37,875 bases of DNA from an uncultured virus (IMG/VR IMGVR_UViG_3300006879_000002) (IMGVR_UViG_3300006879_000002); one strand, 5' to 3'. Positions 1 to 9,166 are shown, numbered from the stretch's first letter. The notes: a model not told the origin generated them from the letters alone. Program-made: numbers and translations.

Positions 1-1548
1 GGCCCTCTCGCGCAGCGATGGGCGGGCCGTCCGGGCGTGGTCGTGTCGAATGGGCAAGATGACTCGGCAGTGGACCCGTACGTCTACAACGACGAAGGGG
101 ACGTCGAGTGTGAGAAGACCGGCGTCATGGTGATGGCTGAGCATCTTCAAGAGATCGAAGACGAGCACCAGCGCCGGGGGAGGGTCCTGTCACAGTACCC
201 GGATGCGGCCACGTGGGTGTCCCTGCCGGATGAGGTCAAACGCGAGGAGAAGTTCTTCCCCCTTGTGGTGATCATGGACGAGTTCATCGACCACACCTCG
301 GGCCAGCGCGGGAAAAGTACCCGCGTGGAACTGGAGAACGAGGCGCGCGAGTTCATCGTCACCATGGCGGACTGGCTAGCCCGCAAGGCCCGCAACGTCG
401 GCATCCACCTGATACTGATCGCGCAGCGGGCCAACATGAAGCTCATCGGGGACACCCTGATGACGAACATGCCCGTTCGTCTGGTGACCGGACAGATTGA
501 CGACTCGCAGTTGCAGACCATGTTCGCTCTACCAGCACGCGACGTTCCCAAACTCCCCTCGACACGACACGACCCCAAGACCGGCCAGACGAAGACAATC
601 CCGGGCCGCGCTCGCATCCTGAACGCGCTGGGACAGAGCATCTACAAGATTCAGATCATGTACTTCGGAGGGGAATTCAACTCCGACACTCTCGACAAGT
701 GGCTGCCTCGAGGGAAGAGGCCACCCAACGGTGACTTCTCCCTGCCGACCGGCACTCGGCCCCGGACGAAAGACGACTTCGACGACAACGGAAACGTGAT
801 CGAGGCGGCGAGCCCACAGGACGATGCGGGGCCCGCAGGCGAATCTCCTGAATGGCCTACACCAGCTGGAGCAGAAGACCCAGCGCCAGCAGAGGGAGAA
901 GCCTCGCCCGAGCAGGGGGAACCGCCAGCAGCCGAAGACGAAACTGGCTCCAGCGCAGAGGATACCGAGGAGTCAGGAACCCCAGAACCCCCCTGGGACC
1001 CCGAACCAGCAGCCGCCCCCAGCCCCGAACAGCCAGGCATCTTCCCCGCAGCCGCCGACCCCACCAACGGGTGCACCGACTGCGGCACCACCTCCACCTG
1101 GTCCTGCCCCGAATGCGGTGCCAGATACTGCACCGACCACGGCGACCGCACGCCCAACCCGGACCCCGACGCCACGGGACGGTTCGTGTGCGGCCCATGC
1201 GCTACCAAGAATCCCATCACCCGTTCAGGCCTTGCCCCCATCCTCTCCGAGATCGTCACGAAAGCACGCCGCTACCGCCTCCACCACGAGGTGACCGTCA
1301 GCGATGACGAGGACGGTGCACACGGCAAGGTCCTCATCCGGGGCGAAGCCCAAGGCCCGAAGATCGTAGAAGTCGGCTCACACCGCAAGACACCCACCAC
1401 ACCCGACAAGGACGTGGACTACTGGGCCCGCTCTTCCTCCGGCACAGTCCACGGACTCGACGCAGCACAAGACCGCATCACCACGGCCATCTCCACATTC
1501 GTACGCAACCGCCAGGAGGTCACCACAGCAGGAGGGACAGAGGAATGA
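1..1548 (+). CDS. FtsK/SpoIIIE-family ATPase, C-terminal part (5' end outside window), with Pro/Glu-rich linker and Cys/His Zn-finger
   Basis: Frame 1 is open from base 1. Walker B PLVVIMDEF and the FtsK signature LARKARNVGIHLILIAQR...PGRA are present. Later CTDC-x7-CPEC-x4-CTDH...CGPC. Confidence 0.85.
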   Translation, partial: GPLAQRWAGRPGVVVSNGQDDSAVDPYVYNDEGDVECEKTGVMVMAEHLQEIEDEHQRRGRVLSQYPDAATWVSLPDEVKREEKFFPLVVIMDEFIDHTSGQRGKSTRVELENEAREFIVTMADWLARKARNVGIHLILIAQRANMKLIGDTLMTNMPVRLVTGQIDDSQLQTMFALPARDVPKLPSTRHDPKTGQTKTIPGRARILNALGQSIYKIQIMYFGGEFNSDTLDKWLPRGKRPPNGDFSLPTGTRPRTKDDFDDNGNVIEAASPQDDAGPAGESPEWPTPAGAEDPAPAEGEASPEQGEPPAAEDETGSSAEDTEESGTPEPPWDPEPAAAPSPEQPGIFPAAADPTNGCTDCGTTSTWSCPECGARYCTDHGDRTPNPDPDATGRFVCGPCATKNPITRSGLAPILSEIVTKARRYRLHHEVTVSDDEDGAHGKVLIRGEAQGPKIVEVGSHRKTPTTPDKDVDYWARSSSGTVHGLDAAQDRITTAISTFVRNRQEVTTAGGTEE

Positions 1549-2501
1549 CCACCGTGCAGCAAACAAAAGCAGCCCGAGCCCGCACCCGCAACCAGAACGC
1601 CGTCGCCCAAGCCGGGGGCCCAGGACACGTCCTCACGCCCGGAGACGTCCCCAGACACAAATGGCGCACCGACCTGGTAGACCCCATCCTCAGCTTCGTC
1701 GTCTACGGCGTCCCCGCACCCCAAGGGTCCAAAGAGTTCAAAGGGTTCCAGAACGGCAAGCCCATCCTGAAAGAACAATCAGACGGGCTCAAACCCTGGC
1801 GCAAAGCGGTCCGCGAAATGTCCCACCGCGCCATCCGCGACTACACCCACCGCACCGGCAAACGCTGGACCGCCCTCGACGAACCCGTCATGGTCTCCCC
1901 CGTAGTCACCATGCCCGCCAGTGACGCCGCCAAAGCCCGAGGAGACGTGTACGCCACCGGAGTGCCCGACCTCGACAAACTCGAACGCGGCATCGGAGAC
2001 GCCCTCGCCCCCACCCCCCTGAAACCAAGAGAAGGGGACGGGTACGGCGCCGCCGCGAAAGCGAAAATCAGGGCACAGCTCATGAACCAGCGACGCGCCC
2101 AAGCAGTCCTGCACGACGACTCCCGCATCGTCGTCTGGGACCACTGCGTCAAGGCCTACCCAGGAACCATCCCCGACTCCCTCGGGTACTCCGGCGTCAC
2201 CATCCGCATCTGGCGCATGGCCGACCTCGAAGCAGCAGCCACCACCCCAGTCATCACCACCCCCGACGGCCACCAATGGATGACCGCAGGGGACATGAGA
2301 CAGTGGACCCAACCCGCCACAGGAGAAACCTGGCCAGAACTCACCCAACGCCTCCTCGAAGCCCCCCAAGTCCTCTCAGAACCCACGACCCCCCTTTGCA
2401 TCACCGGGCGCACCATCGACGACGAAAGCGCCCGTCGAGTACTCACTGTGCTGTGTGCTCACGGACCTGACCATCCTGTCCCGGTGAAAGTCAGGCAATG
2501 A
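1545..2501 (+). CDS. RusA-family Holliday junction resolvase-like protein with insertion and C-terminal extension
   Basis: FVVYGVPAPQGSK, KPWRKAV, PDLDKLERGIGDAL and HDDSRIV match RusA motifs. ATGA overlap with the upstream gene. Confidence 0.8.
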   Translation: MTTVQQTKAARARTRNQNAVAQAGGPGHVLTPGDVPRHKWRTDLVDPILSFVVYGVPAPQGSKEFKGFQNGKPILKEQSDGLKPWRKAVREMSHRAIRDYTHRTGKRWTALDEPVMVSPVVTMPASDAAKARGDVYATGVPDLDKLERGIGDALAPTPLKPREGDGYGAAAKAKIRAQLMNQRRAQAVLHDDSRIVVWDHCVKAYPGTIPDSLGYSGVTIRIWRMADLEAAATTPVITTPDGHQWMTAGDMRQWTQPATGETWPELTQRLLEAPQVLSEPTTPLCITGRTIDDESARRVLTVLCAHGPDHPVPVKVRQ

Positions 2502-3175
2502 ACGAACTAGCTATTGCGGTCGTAACCACCAGAGGTCGCGAGCACCTTCTAGAGGCAACTCTCGACAGCCTGAACAATCCGATAGTGCATGTTGTCGCGG
2601 ACGCTGCGAGCGGGCTGACCCCAAACCACCTAGCGGCATGGCAGCACCTGCACCTCCAAGGACGAAGCCACTGCCTGCTCCTGCAAGACGACATCCTCGC
2701 GGCACGCGGATGGCTCAAAGCAGCAGCGGCTTTCATCGACCGGTTCCCCAACAGCCCCGTCTCGCTCTACACCGCACGCAAGGCCGCAATAACCCCCACG
2801 GCACAAGCAAAAGGCTACGCCCACCTACCAACACGCCAATGGCTGAACGAACAGGCACTAGTTCTCCCCGCCCCTGTCGTAGGGAAGTACCTCGACTGGG
2901 TACGAGCGAAGCACTACCGGGACGTCATCACCCCCGCTCAGTTCCTTCACCATGACGTGCTGCTTCGAGCGTTCCTCCTAACCACTGAGACGACCCGCTC
3001 CGTCGTACTGTCAGCACCCTCAGTCGTCCAGCACATCGGAAAGGAATCCACCGTCGGGAATCCATGGCTTGTCGGAGGAAAAGCACGACAGGCGCAGGGC
3101 TGGCCCGGGGAGCACTGGGACGCTGGCGACCACTTCGCGAAGGTCTTGAACAGCGCCACTGAGGGGCCGTCGTGA
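2498..3175 (+). CDS. Putative GT-A fold glycosyltransferase (copy 1)
   Basis: N-terminal strand IAVVTT, LLLQDD acidic motif, HHDVLL and VVQHIG are typical of GT2/GT25-like enzymes. ATGA-coupled to the upstream gene. Confidence 0.6.
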   Translation: MNELAIAVVTTRGREHLLEATLDSLNNPIVHVVADAASGLTPNHLAAWQHLHLQGRSHCLLLQDDILAARGWLKAAAAFIDRFPNSPVSLYTARKAAITPTAQAKGYAHLPTRQWLNEQALVLPAPVVGKYLDWVRAKHYRDVITPAQFLHHDVLLRAFLLTTETTRSVVLSAPSVVQHIGKESTVGNPWLVGGKARQAQGWPGEHWDAGDHFAKVLNSATEGPS

Positions 3176-3819
3176 GCCTCCGCCTCGCCACGGCCATCGT
3201 ATCCACCCGCCAACGGGCAAACACTCTCCGAGCCACCCTCGACCGCATCAACGACGACGCAGGCATCGACACCATCCTCGACCGCGCCAAAACCGCCACA
3301 GCAAACACCCTCGCCGCCTGGCAACACCTCGCCACCCAAGACGCCACCCACGCGCTCCTCCTGCACGACGACCTCGACGCCAGCCACGGATGGCGCACAG
3401 CAGCCTCACTACTTGTGGCGACGCATCCACAGCAGCGAGTGATCGCGCTACACACCACACGGGAGGCGGCCTCGCAGCGGGGGAGGAGCATGGGTTGGGA
3501 GCCTGTGGGGGCGGGTGCCTGGCGCGAAGACCAAGCCGTGCTGATGCCCATCCCCGTCGTGAAGCGATACCTGGAATGGGTCAGGCAGAAGCACTACCGG
3601 CGCTACCTATCGGCAGAAGACTTCCTCCACCACGGCAACCTCCTAGCCGCGTTCCACCACGCCTACAAGACCCGCCACATCATGGTCGCCACCCCACCGC
3701 TGTTCCAACACGCCGGAGACCCGGCCCATCACGCACCAACATGGCGAGGCCGAGACTTCAACGCGGCTACCCACTTCCGCCAGCTGCTGACAGAACGCGG
3801 AGGTCAACGTCAGCGCTAA
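3172..3819 (+). CDS. Putative GT-A fold glycosyltransferase (copy 2, paralog of the upstream gene)
   Basis: Collinear with copy 1: ATLD, LAAWQHL, LLLHDD, YLEWVRQKHYR, FLHH, FQHAG. GTGA overlap. Confidence 0.55.
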   Translation: MSLRLATAIVSTRQRANTLRATLDRINDDAGIDTILDRAKTATANTLAAWQHLATQDATHALLLHDDLDASHGWRTAASLLVATHPQQRVIALHTTREAASQRGRSMGWEPVGAGAWREDQAVLMPIPVVKRYLEWVRQKHYRRYLSAEDFLHHGNLLAAFHHAYKTRHIMVATPPLFQHAGDPAHHAPTWRGRDFNAATHFRQLLTERGGQRQR

Positions 3820-4078
3820 CCGGTAGTTCTGGGAAGCCAGCGGTCCAGTGCGCCGTTTAAGGCCTGCCAGGCTCTGCCGAAGTTGTCCCACGAGCTGGTC
3901 GCCTTGTACTCCTGAGCGACAGTGGGGCGCTCGCCGTGGTTGTCACACGGTCCTCTCTGTGGAGCGTTCAGCGCGTCTTGGTCAGTCTAGCAACTTTGCT
4001 CCCACGCCCTCACCTGGACGGGTTCTCAGGAACTGTCGATAACGCCTATGCAACAGCTGATTTGCGTAGGTTGATAAA

Positions 4079-4096
4079 GGTGCTATGCTGAAAATG
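4079..4096 (+). promoter_or_regulatory. Putative extended -10 promoter of whiB (TG-C-TATGCT)
   Basis: GGTGCTATGCTGAAAATG lies ~30 nt upstream of the ATG and is 16/18 identical to 30774-30791. Confidence 0.5.
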
Positions 4097-4125
4097 CACG
4101 AGGCAGCAACGAGAGAGAGACATCA

Positions 4126-4461
4126 ATGCCCAGCATGAGCGCCATAGGTGACCTGACCCCTGCGCCAGCAAGCGACACAGATTTCCAGGGCATCGCCGGA
4201 GACGCCTATAGCGAGCAACGCATGGCAAGGTACGAAGGTGCACTCTGTGCCCAGTCGGACCCGGAAGTGTTCTTCCCTGAGAAAGGCGAGAGCAGCAAGA
4301 ACGCAAAGCTCATCTGCGCCGCCTGCCCGTGCCGCGACCTATGCCTCGAAGACGCACTAGTCAACGATGAACAGCACGGTATCTGGGGCGGTTTGAGCTA
4401 CCCGGAGCGCTGCCGCGTTGCACGCGGCAGCGAGAGCCCGCACCGGCAGCACATCGCCTAA
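4126..4461 (+). CDS. whiB: WhiB-family Fe-S transcription regulator
   Basis: ALCAQSDPEVFFPEKG...C-x2-C-x5-C...HGIWGGLSYPER. Four conserved Cys plus the G[IV]WGG turn. Confidence 0.95.
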   Translation: MPSMSAIGDLTPAPASDTDFQGIAGDAYSEQRMARYEGALCAQSDPEVFFPEKGESSKNAKLICAACPCRDLCLEDALVNDEQHGIWGGLSYPERCRVARGSESPHRQHIA

Positions 4462-4478
4462 CCGCACGCCAGCTATCC

Positions 4479-4531
4479 ACATATGAGTGATGGGGCCGGA
4501 GCATTATGCTCCGGCCCCATCACTCATATGT
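4479..4531. terminator. Perfect 26-bp inverted repeat between convergent whiB and par genes (bidirectional terminator-like)
   Basis: ACATATGAGTGATGGGGCCGGAGCAT-T-ATGCTCCGGCCCCATCACTCATATGT. Confidence 0.75.
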
Positions 4532-4539
4532 CCTCGAGG

Positions 4540-4884
4540 TCAGTCCTCGTCTAGAGGCACTTCTTTGCCGTACTTTTCCTCCAGCATTGGCCAGATCAGG
4601 TCTGCCAGAATCTTGGAGAAGTCACGCCCCTCCACGGCCTTGGCATGAGCCAACAGCCGAGCCTGCTGCCGGTTGTACCGCAACGGTTGGGCCTCGGTCT
4701 TCTTCTCGGCGTTGGCGCGCTGCACCCACGCCGGGGCTTCCTGATCTTGGGACCCCCTGGGGGCTGCCTGGCGCCCCGTCGCCGGAGCAGTGGGAGGCTC
4801 AGGCGCCGCCTCGCCGCCATCGACAAAGGCATCGAACGCCGCGCCCTGGGGCTTCTGCTTGCGTTGCCGGTTCTTCACAGTCAT
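4540..4884 (-). CDS. Small partition partner (ParG-like, probable ribbon-helix-helix centromere-binding protein)
   Basis: Directly downstream of parA. Disordered N-terminus with AFDAFVDGG, then a strand-helix-helix pattern AQPLRYN-RQQARLLAHAKAVEG-RDFSKILADLIWPML. Confidence 0.7.
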   Translation of the reverse strand: MTVKNRQRKQKPQGAAFDAFVDGGEAAPEPPTAPATGRQAAPRGSQDQEAPAWVQRANAEKKTEAQPLRYNRQQARLLAHAKAVEGRDFSKILADLIWPMLEEKYGKEVPLDED

Positions 4885-4886
4885 CT

Positions 4887-5594
4887 TCAGTGTCCTTTCG
4901 CAATGTTCAGCAGTTCCTCTGCCAGCGCCTCCACCTCGGCCTTGGCTGCGGCGTCTTTCGACTCCACGACCGACAGGCCCAGGGACTTGCTATCGGGGTA
5001 GGCCACCCGGTTGCTGATCGCAGCAGAGGTGATGAGCAGACCATCGTCGGCTTGGAACCCTTTCAAGTACTCATGGGCGTCGGTTACGCGCTTGGGTGAG
5101 TGGGGGAGCACGCGTGAGAGGACGGCGACCGTCTCCAGGTCGGCACCCAGGTCGCGCACCTTGTTGATGATGTCCACGAATGGTTCGACCCCATCCAGGG
5201 ACTCCTGCGTGGGCTCCACCGGAGTCAGAGCGATGTCTACACTCCCCAGCGAGCTACGCATCTCCGGGGAGTCCTGACCCCCGGTGTCGATCAACACGAC
5301 GTTGTAGGAGTTGGCGAGCTCGTCGATGGTGTTCCCGAGACGCCCGGTCTTCTTCACCACGGGCACGAGCGTGACCCCATCGTCCGGGTGGTCGTCGATG
5401 TACTCTTCCCGGTCGTCGTGCCACTGTTCTGAGGTGCTCATCGCCCGGTCGGAGTCGATGACGACAACGGACATGCCCTTGTTCTGGAAGGCGACCGCGA
5501 GATTGGCGGTGATGTTGGACTTTCCGCCGCCGCCTTTAAGGCTGGCGACGACGACCTTCAAGGACAGAGCGCTTTCTCTCTTCTTTACTGTCAT
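4887..5594 (-). CDS. parA: ParA-family partition ATPase (type Ib, no N-terminal HTH)
   Basis: Deviant Walker A SLKGGGGKS, VVVIDSD, VVLIDTGG, NRVAY...GLSVVE. Confidence 0.95.
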   Translation of the reverse strand: MTVKKRESALSLKVVVASLKGGGGKSNITANLAVAFQNKGMSVVVIDSDRAMSTSEQWHDDREEYIDDHPDDGVTLVPVVKKTGRLGNTIDELANSYNVVLIDTGGQDSPEMRSSLGSVDIALTPVEPTQESLDGVEPFVDIINKVRDLGADLETVAVLSRVLPHSPKRVTDAHEYLKGFQADDGLLITSAAISNRVAYPDSKSLGLSVVESKDAAAKAEVEALAEELLNIAKGH

Positions 5595-5656
5595 GCCATC
5601 ATGTTACATGACGTGATGTGATATCACTCTGATGGGTTGAGCATGTCGCCCTAGAC

Positions 5657-5694
5657 ATGTAAAAGCGGGGCCTGCACAGGCCCCGCTTTTACAT
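5657..5694. terminator. Intrinsic terminator, 18-bp inverted repeat with A/T tails
   Basis: ATGTAAAAGCGGGGCCTG-CA-CAGGCCCCGCTTTTACAT, just downstream of the minus-strand small ORFs. Confidence 0.8.
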
Positions 5695-5710
5695 CAGCGC
5701 AGATTCGCCT

Positions 5711-5872
5711 CTACGCACGCGCTGACCACTGGGGGTCGAAATCCTGCGGCGACAGCTGTAGCGACAAACGCTCCTGCCCGAACAGATGATCCACTGCAAC
5801 ACGAACGCGCTGCGTATCAGCCTCAGTCAGGCTGTCCTCGGCTATTGAGTTGGCAGATTCTGCACGGCTCAT
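5711..5872 (-). CDS. Small hypothetical protein (53 aa, not in the ORF track)
   Basis: My translation: MSRAESANSIAEDSLTEADTQRVRVAVDHLFGQERLSLQLSPQDFDPQWSARA. GGAGGGAG upstream of the ATG and a terminator right after the stop. Confidence 0.45.
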   Translation of the reverse strand: MSRAESANSIAEDSLTEADTQRVRVAVDHLFGQERLSLQLSPQDFDPQWSARA

Positions 5873-5958
5873 GCTCTACGCTCCCTCCAAACCAGGCGTC
5901 TACTGCTCAGAGTAGGGCAGCGCGAGCAGCCACAGCGGTTATCACCGGCGAGGGCGTG

Positions 5959-6171
5959 TCACTGATCGTCCAAGGGGCCATCTTCTGGGTACGGGTCGTC
6001 CTCTCCGTGCGCCTGAGCGTACTGACGCGCTTCCTTGCGCGGGTTTCCCCTGCGCTCTGCTTCTGGGACGCGATCATCGCCACCGGCCTTTTCGTACTCG
6101 CGGTCCTCTTTCGTCTGGGTGAAGTACTCGACAGCCTTCTCGCCCCAAGACTCCGTGTTGTTGGTGGCCAT
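5959..6171 (-). CDS. Small acidic hypothetical protein (70 aa)
   Basis: GGAGGA RBS just before the ATG, TACACT -10-like box upstream, GC-rich third codon positions. Confidence 0.65.
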   Translation of the reverse strand: MATNNTESWGEKAVEYFTQTKEDREYEKAGGDDRVPEAERRGNPRKEARQYAQAHGEDDPYPEDGPLDDQ

Positions 6172-6271
6172 GATTCCTCCGTTCGTTGGACGCCACGTTC
6201 CCGTTCATGGTAGCAGTGTAGGGCGGCAAATTGCCCTTCCCTCTGGGGATGTTCGATCATGACACAAAGAC

Positions 6272-6314
6272 AAAAGGGCGCCCTCCCCGACATGGGCCGA
6301 GAGGAGGGCGCCCT
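6272..6314 (-). terminator. Intrinsic terminator downstream of 6428..7552
   Basis: 12-bp arms AGGGCGCCCTCC (6275-6286) and GGAGGGCGCCCT (6303-6314), followed on the minus strand by a T-rich tail. Confidence 0.6.
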
Positions 6315-6427
6315 ACTGCCACCTAAAGCGTCGATGACGGCAGCAGCCATGACTGTGGACCAGTCACAGTTGTTGGTATCAGTCTAGCGGATTGCTGACC
6401 CAAAATCGGGAACTCCAGAGCGCGTCG

Positions 6428-7552
6428 TCACGCATCTCCCAACTCCCGCAACACCCATGGTTGACTCTCGGCCACAGCGCGGATTCGCGCTAACATCTGC
6501 TCCGCTTCTCGTGCATGAGTCACGATCCCGCGGTTGTCGAAAGTCAACGTTGGCGTCAAGGCCTCCACATCCGCATCCGCGAGCGTGAGCATCGCCCGGA
6601 CGACCCGCTTGACCTTCATCGGCAACCCGTCGAGAGCCTCCGGGTCGTGGAATAGCGGGGCGTTCTCTAGTAGCGGCTCGATGAGGTCCGCTTCGGTCGC
6701 GGCAGAGACGCTAGAAGTGGAGCCACCCGGGGGAGAGGGCGCCTCATCGTCGTCAGGAGCAGGGCAGTACTCCATCGGGCCGGACGCATCTGGCGCGGGG
6801 GCCTCGTAGTACTCCCTAGCAGTAGAAGCCCCTTCCCACTCCCGTTGAGCGGGGTCCATGTCGGCATCGGGTGGGGTGGGCTCGGTGTTCTCGCGACGTT
6901 CTCGAGCGTGTTGCAGGCTGTCCTGGACCACATGGGTGGCTTCTTCAGGGTTGGAGACCCCTTCGAGGCGTTCGCGTGCTTCTGAGACCACTTGCCCAAG
7001 CCCGTCGCTGCCTAACGTCGCCACGTCGGAGGAGGTGATGTCCAGTGTGGCTCCCTCTACCATGACCGCAGACAAGGGCAGATAGAAGTCCCGAGCTCCC
7101 TGGACGTACCGGCGCGCCATCGCGGCGCTTTTGTTCATAGCGACCTGGCACACCTCCACCAGGGACGTGTACGAGCCCCCATCATCTTTTCGCAAGTACC
7201 GCCAATCCTCGTCACGGTACATCTGGGCGACAATAGCCAGAGTCGTCGAGAATGCAGTGGACAGCCGCTGAAAACGTGCCTGAGCGCGTTCCTGAGGAGA
7301 GTCGTAGGACTCTTCCGTCTCCGCGGCAACAGCATGTTCTACGGCACTGTCGTCCCGGTAGGCCTGCTTCGGCAGTAGCACCCCTTGGGGCCCCATGGGG
7401 CCATTCTCCACGTCCCAGCCCTCTGGCAAGGATGAGTCGTCCCATACCGGCAGAGGTGGAGTGTCCGCGGCGAGCGTGGTGTCTTCAGTAGCAGTACAAG
7501 AGGCTTCCATCGCTGCATTCTCCTCAGTGACAAAAGAGGTGGGACTGCCCAA
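6428..7552 (-). CDS. Hypothetical protein, possible HTH DNA-binding domain; start uncertain
   Basis: Long acidic ORF. The segment MYRDEDWRYL...YTSLVEVCQVAMNKSAAMARRYV resembles HTH-containing phage/plasmid proteins (pattern impression only). Confidence 0.6.
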   Translation of the reverse strand: MGSPTSFVTEENAAMEASCTATEDTTLAADTPPLPVWDDSSLPEGWDVENGPMGPQGVLLPKQAYRDDSAVEHAVAAETEESYDSPQERAQARFQRLSTAFSTTLAIVAQMYRDEDWRYLRKDDGGSYTSLVEVCQVAMNKSAAMARRYVQGARDFYLPLSAVMVEGATLDITSSDVATLGSDGLGQVVSEARERLEGVSNPEEATHVVQDSLQHARERRENTEPTPPDADMDPAQREWEGASTAREYYEAPAPDASGPMEYCPAPDDDEAPSPPGGSTSSVSAATEADLIEPLLENAPLFHDPEALDGLPMKVKRVVRAMLTLADADVEALTPTLTFDNRGIVTHAREAEQMLARIRAVAESQPWVLRELGDA

Positions 7553-7638
7553 CAGGGCAGTCCCACCCCCGACCTATTTGGGGATAGGCATAGGTCATCT
7601 TAGTAGCACCCAGAATAGCACCTAGCACTGACAACTCC

Positions 7639-8943
7639 TCAGGACAACGGGACAGAATAGAGGCGTGTCGCACCGTTCGAAGACACGACGAAAACGCCCT
7701 GACTCACGTCCGACATGAACTGAGGGACCGCATCTGGCATCTCATTCGTCAACGGCGCACCAGTGCTGGCATCCACCATCCCAGCGAAAGACCTCAGGGA
7801 CTCCACCCCCGCCACGAGCGCGCTGCCTGGCTGGACGCCTTCCGAAGACTCTTGCTGAGCTGCGGCCTTGGCGGTCAGTGGGCCCGAGGCGTCCTCTACA
7901 TAGAGCACGTCACGGTAGATGGAGGACACCTGCCCATGGCGCAGGTCCACGATTGCAGAAGAAGGCTTCTCTACTCCAAACAGCACGCTGCCCCACGAGA
8001 GCCATCCTCCGTCAAAGGACTGCACTAGCGATTCCCCGCGCGCTTCCTCTATGGTCTGCTCGTCCACCTCGGAGACAGCAGCAACCACCTCCCCGGTGCG
8101 CACCTGGTGAAGCGCCAGCACTGAGGCTCCACCTTGCCCGTGCCACAGCGCCAACACCATTCCAGCACCCACCGTCACCAACTCGGCAGGCTCATCTCGG
8201 TTGACTCCAGCAGGGGGCACAGCCGACGACTGCCACACGGCCTGCCCGTTCACGACATACCCGAACCCGGCTCCTTCAGAAGGGTTTGAGACCACAACAC
8301 CGTCACCCCAGGACGCGCGCGGCTCCCCGGGGCCGGAATACTCAACAGTCTCCCCAGTTGCAGGATCGAACGGGCGGAAAGACGCCCCGCCGTCAGTGGA
8401 GACAACAACCCCACCATCACGCACCTCCACCACAGGCACGGTGTCTTCCCCCTCGCCCGTCAACACTGCGGAAACTTCCGCAACTCGACGATCACCAGTA
8501 CCCGCAGGGCGGTACACATCCACCCGCACCTCATTGCCTGACACTTGGGTCGTCGCGATAAGCCAGCCCTGCCCATCGTCAGATACCGCCCCCAAAGACG
8601 GCACCGAGTCGGCTACCGGGGCGGAAAAATCATCACTGACCCAACGGATCGACCCGTCCTCAGGAGCCAACATCGCCACCCGATAGTCTTCCGGGTTCTC
8701 GCGGCCAGGCAGCAGCACAGCTATCCCCTCGGGCAGCTCCACTGGGTCACTGTCAGCGGCCACTCGCATCGTCCAACGCCCCTGCTCAGCAAACGTAACC
8801 GGCAGATTGAACGGCACACTCACGGTCGGGGCGCTCACCTGTTCTTGCGTATCAACCCCCGGGCCGCATCCAGTCACGCTCACGAGCACAGCAAGCACAC
8901 CGGCGCTCATGGGTGAGACACGAGAAGGGGCTGCGTGTCGCAT
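7639..8943 (-). CDS. Putative lipoprotein, beta-rich (propeller-like)
   Basis: Signal peptide ending VSVTG-C. Repeated DGSIRW / DPATGE / GQAVW / RTGEV turns resemble PQQ-like propeller blades. Confidence 0.65.
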   Translation of the reverse strand: MRHAAPSRVSPMSAGVLAVLVSVTGCGPGVDTQEQVSAPTVSVPFNLPVTFAEQGRWTMRVAADSDPVELPEGIAVLLPGRENPEDYRVAMLAPEDGSIRWVSDDFSAPVADSVPSLGAVSDDGQGWLIATTQVSGNEVRVDVYRPAGTGDRRVAEVSAVLTGEGEDTVPVVEVRDGGVVVSTDGGASFRPFDPATGETVEYSGPGEPRASWGDGVVVSNPSEGAGFGYVVNGQAVWQSSAVPPAGVNRDEPAELVTVGAGMVLALWHGQGGASVLALHQVRTGEVVAAVSEVDEQTIEEARGESLVQSFDGGWLSWGSVLFGVEKPSSAIVDLRHGQVSSIYRDVLYVEDASGPLTAKAAAQQESSEGVQPGSALVAGVESLRSFAGMVDASTGAPLTNEMPDAVPQFMSDVSQGVFVVSSNGATRLYSVPLS

Positions 8944-8960
8944 GGGGGCTCGCTCCAGTA

Positions 8961-9155
8961 TTACTTGAGGTCCTCAAAAGGGATGCCATTGACTTCCCTG
9001 GGTACCGCCCCCTGGGAGGCAAAAGCGTTGTGCGGCTGCACCACGCGCTCCTCCTCAGGCACTTCAGGCTCTTCGGCAGCCCGGCGATCCTCTTCAGCAA
9101 ACCGCTTATCGAGAGCAGCCAGCTCATCATCACTGATCTGGTCGCGGATACTCAT
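8961..9155 (-). CDS. Small acidic hypothetical protein (64 aa)
   Basis: Strong AAGGAGGA RBS and tight spacing within the operon. Confidence 0.7.
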   Translation of the reverse strand: MSIRDQISDDELAALDKRFAEEDRRAAEEPEVPEEERVVQPHNAFASQGAVPREVNGIPFEDLK

Positions 9156-9166
9156 GACACTCCTCC

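Noticed and set aside
1545..4461. Prophage (RusA, WhiB and glycosyltransferases are common in actinophages)
   Set aside because: No capsid, terminase, tail or integrase genes; the context is partition plus T4SS.
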